Of a stretch of 64,000 nucleotides of DNA, positions 61,411 to 64,000 are shown piece by piece. The notes below the pieces were generated by a model that had not been told where the DNA came from, did not search any database, and saw nothing but the letters and a program-made list of their open reading frames with translations. The position numbers were made by a program, and so were the translations under genes. The stretch covers positions 11,470,001-11,534,000 of the forward strand of contig NC_134472.1 of NCBI RefSeq assembly GCF_964194025.1, given 5' to 3'. Source of the stretch: Convolutriloba macropyga (taxonomy: Eukaryota). Positions within the stretch are counted from its first letter, which is position 1; each line of letters starts with the position of its first letter.

Positions 61411-62006
61411 GTCGTACAGATTTAGTTTCTGTATTCGATATGAAATAGCGATGCCAAAACACAAGATGTATGATTCTTATTTATATGTTATTTGGCGGAG
61501 CGAATTCGCTATTAAATTTGCAATATGAGAATTCGTTTTTCTGAGTGTTAGATAATCTTACAATTGGCGGCACGAGTGTAGCTATAATTTATAGGTTTGT
61601 ATTTCGCTCAGCGAATTACAACTATAAATTGTTTGAATAAATTGGAGTATTTAGCGGAGCGATTTTGAGAATAAAGAGAGGCAACTAAATTTGAATTACG
61701 AATTGAGCAGAATGAGGAAATCAAAATTAACTAAATTTGATCAACAATTTGATCACAACAATATATCTCCAACGCGGCAACTCAAATCACAAGACTACTT
61801 GAACAAACAGGATTTTCAGACAAATTTTGTAAACAAATTAAATAAACGTGAAATATGAAGATTTGATCTTCAAACAAGAAATTAACAATGAAAATTTGAA
61901 CTAAATTAAATCAAATGAACTAATTTAAAATAACTTTAAAATTAAACAGATTTGGTGTACCCAAATCAATAGCCCCTTTTTTAATGCAATGTCATAATAT
62001 ATCACA
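61410..62006 (-). repeat. 5' LTR (597 bp)
   Basis: Direct repeat of 55120-55715; followed on the minus strand by a degenerate PBS, GGGTGCAGTCAG. Confidence 0.95.
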
Positions 62007-62010
62007 GCTT

Positions 62011-62167
62011 TCAACGCGAATCTTATATATTTTGCGTTGAATTTAGCGTAGATCTTATATATTTTGCGTTGAATTTATTGAAGATCTCAAATATTTTGCG
62101 TTGATTTTAGCGTAGAACTTACATACTTTGCGTTGAAATTAGCGTAGATATTGCATATTTTGCGTTT
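62011..62167. repeat. 32-bp minisatellite, ~5 copies
   Basis: Unit ATTTAGCGTAGATCTTATATATTTTGCGTTGA. Confidence 0.9.
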
Positions 62168-62592
62168 ACTGAAAAAGATTCTACTTTTTACTTCATATTG
62201 TGATGTTCTTTTATGTTTTAATGGTTAGCTATGGTATATACGCTTTAGGATTCTGGTTTTGTTTGTGGTTTCCGTAATTTCAACAGTGAACAATATGGAT
62301 TTGCAATGCGAATCCAATTATTCTAAATTTGAAGTGATTAAAGTTCAGCAGAAGAAAAGAGATCAGTTCTGTGAAGTGTGTGGTCAAATAAAAACAAATA
62401 AACATTTACAGACATGCAGGATTACTTAATAAAGTGAAAATATAAAAATCATATAGGATTATATACAAAGTCAAATTTAGTAGAGATTATAATGATGAAA
62501 TAGTTCAAGTACACATACTAATGCATTTGTCTCTCTTCCTCTCTCTCTGGCTCTTTCTCGCTTCTCACTCCCCGGGTTGAATTTTTCCATCC

Positions 62593-63002
62593 AAAATGAC
62601 GTAAGAGTGGGGCTGCAATGGGAAGATTTTTTTAGGAAAATGCAGGTCAAAACTTTTACATCTTTTTGGGCTGCATTGGGCTTCCAACAGGGGTAAAATG
62701 ATGTAAGAGTGAGGGGGTAAAAGACAAATTAACCCCCACTCTTACTTTTTTAAATCTGTCAAGGGGGTAAAACGATGTAAGAGTTCGGGGGTAATGGTTG
62801 AATTACCCCGAACTCTTACATGGTTTTACCCCTCTTGACAGACTAAAAAGATGTAAGAGTGGGGGGCTAATTTGTCTTTTACCTCCTCCTTCTTACACCA
62901 TTTTACCCCCCTTGGAAGCCCAATGCAGCCCAAAAAAAAGAATTTTGAGCTGCATTTTCCTAAAAAAATCCTCCCATTACAGCACCACTCTTACAGCATT
63001 TT
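62593..63002. repeat. Long imperfect palindrome, ~200-bp arms, centre ~62798
   Basis: The arms are reverse complements (e.g. GGGCTGCATTGGGCTTCCAA / TTGGAAGCCCAATGCAGCCC) around a 6-nt loop GGTTGA. Confidence 0.92.
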
Positions 63003-63194
63003 ACCCCCATGGCAGCCCAACTATTACATCAATTTACCCTCTCAATCTTACATTTTTTAGCGCCCATACCTGACGACTGCCAGTCTTCAACCAACAACCT
63101 CTGTACTTTGAGCTGCGTCGCCTTAACCTCCAGACCATCAATGCTTGTCCAACTCTTGACAGTCTATATATATGAAAAATACTTGTTAGAAATG

Positions 63195-63620
63195 CCCCCT
63201 CTCAACAAATTACGCCCTCACTCTTACATCATTTTACCCCATCAGAACAAATTACCCCCTCACTCTTACACCATTTTACCCCTCTTGGCAGCCCAACTCT
63301 TAGCTCATTTTACCCCCCTCTGGACAAATACCCCCTCACTCTTACAGCATTTTACCCCCCTTGGCAGCCCAACTCTTACATCATTTTACCCCCTCTGAAC
63401 AAATTACCCTCACTTTTACACCATTTTACCCCCCTTGGCATCCCAACTCTTAAATAATTTACCCTCTATGAAGAAATTACCCCCTCACTCTTACACCATT
63501 TTACCCCACTTGGCATCCCAACTCTTAAATAATTTTACCCTCTATGAAGAAATTACCCCCTCACTCTTACACCATTTTACCCCCCTTGGCAGCCCAACTC
63601 TTACATCATTTTACCCCCTT
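63195..63620. repeat. Higher-order tandem array (ACTCTTACAYCATTTTACCCC core; alternating ~34/~42-bp spacing, ~76-bp dimer)
   Basis: Core at ~63220, 63262, 63296, 63338, 63372, 63412, 63446, 63487, 63521, 63563 and 63597. The same core forms the adjacent palindrome. Confidence 0.92.
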
Positions 63621-64000
63621 AGATCTGCTTTTTTATCGGAAATTTTTCGTTTGAAACACTGTCAAAAATGAATTACTTGTTTGACCTTCAAGCCTGCTCG
63701 TTTGATAGTAACAGAGAACAGAAAACAACAGTATTCTAATGTCATATAAAATTGATAATAAATGATTCTCTCGCTCACGGCAACTTGGTCACTAAACAGA
63801 GAGTTGTTTTGAAAGCCTTATGGATATTTTCATCAATTGCTTGCCCTAAAGTCTAATTTACTTAGCTGTGTGTATTCCTAATAACACTTGCCCTGAAATC
63901 AGGTGTTTATGCCGCACATATGAGCTGTAAATATTCCAAATATACATTCTTTTCCCATAAAGTATAACTGAAATTCTAATTTTTCACTGGTTCATTTACC

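Larger units (their letters stand above)
55120..62006 (-). mobile_element. Near-full-length, disabled Ty3/gypsy LTR retrotransposon (Mag-like)
   Basis: Two TG...CA LTRs; gag (PPIRWEKWRIQ, CCHC remnants ~60430-60540); protease (LHDSGS); RT (FLDD); RNase H (YSINELELL, TDHRAL); integrase; gypsy domain order; multiple frameshifts and stops. Confidence 0.96.

Noticed and set aside
63195-63620. CRISPR-like or telomeric array
   Set aside because: Only two alternating linker types rather than unique spacers; not a pure short telomeric repeat and not terminal.
62798-63671. ORFs of 78-129 aa in the terminal repeat region
   Set aside because: Translations of the tandem array (repeating PHSYTILP / HFTPL).

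Overview
AT-rich, repeat-dense animal nuclear DNA (standard code, spliceosomal introns; an invertebrate such as an acoel is only a guess). Four host genes are supported. (1) ATG3, minus strand: first five coding exons, with a GC-AG first intron; the rest lies left of the window. (2) A two-exon PLAC8/cornifelin-domain membrane protein, plus strand, ~371 aa. (3) SmG/SNRPG, minus strand, 77 aa, split by a 6.8-kb intron. (4) An intronless 630-aa CID-domain RPRD1/RPRD2-family gene lying only ~550 bp upstream of SmG on the same strand. Most other sequence is transposon-derived: a near-complete but disabled Ty3/gypsy element with both LTRs, fossil Ty1/copia and BEL/Pao elements, several CR1/L2-group LINE fragments, a CRE-clade fragment, several MITE/foldback families, and three tandem duplications of different ages. 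No CRISPR, rRNA or intact tRNA was found. The most notable leads are: an operon-like RPRD-SmG pair with splice acceptors right before the start codons; an inverted-repeat element carrying a tRNA-like Pol III core, duplicated with a templated junction; a palindrome/G-tract array enclosing an exon-like cassette; and a gypsy element whose gag ATG appears built from the LTR end plus the primer-binding site. All alignments and counts were made by eye.
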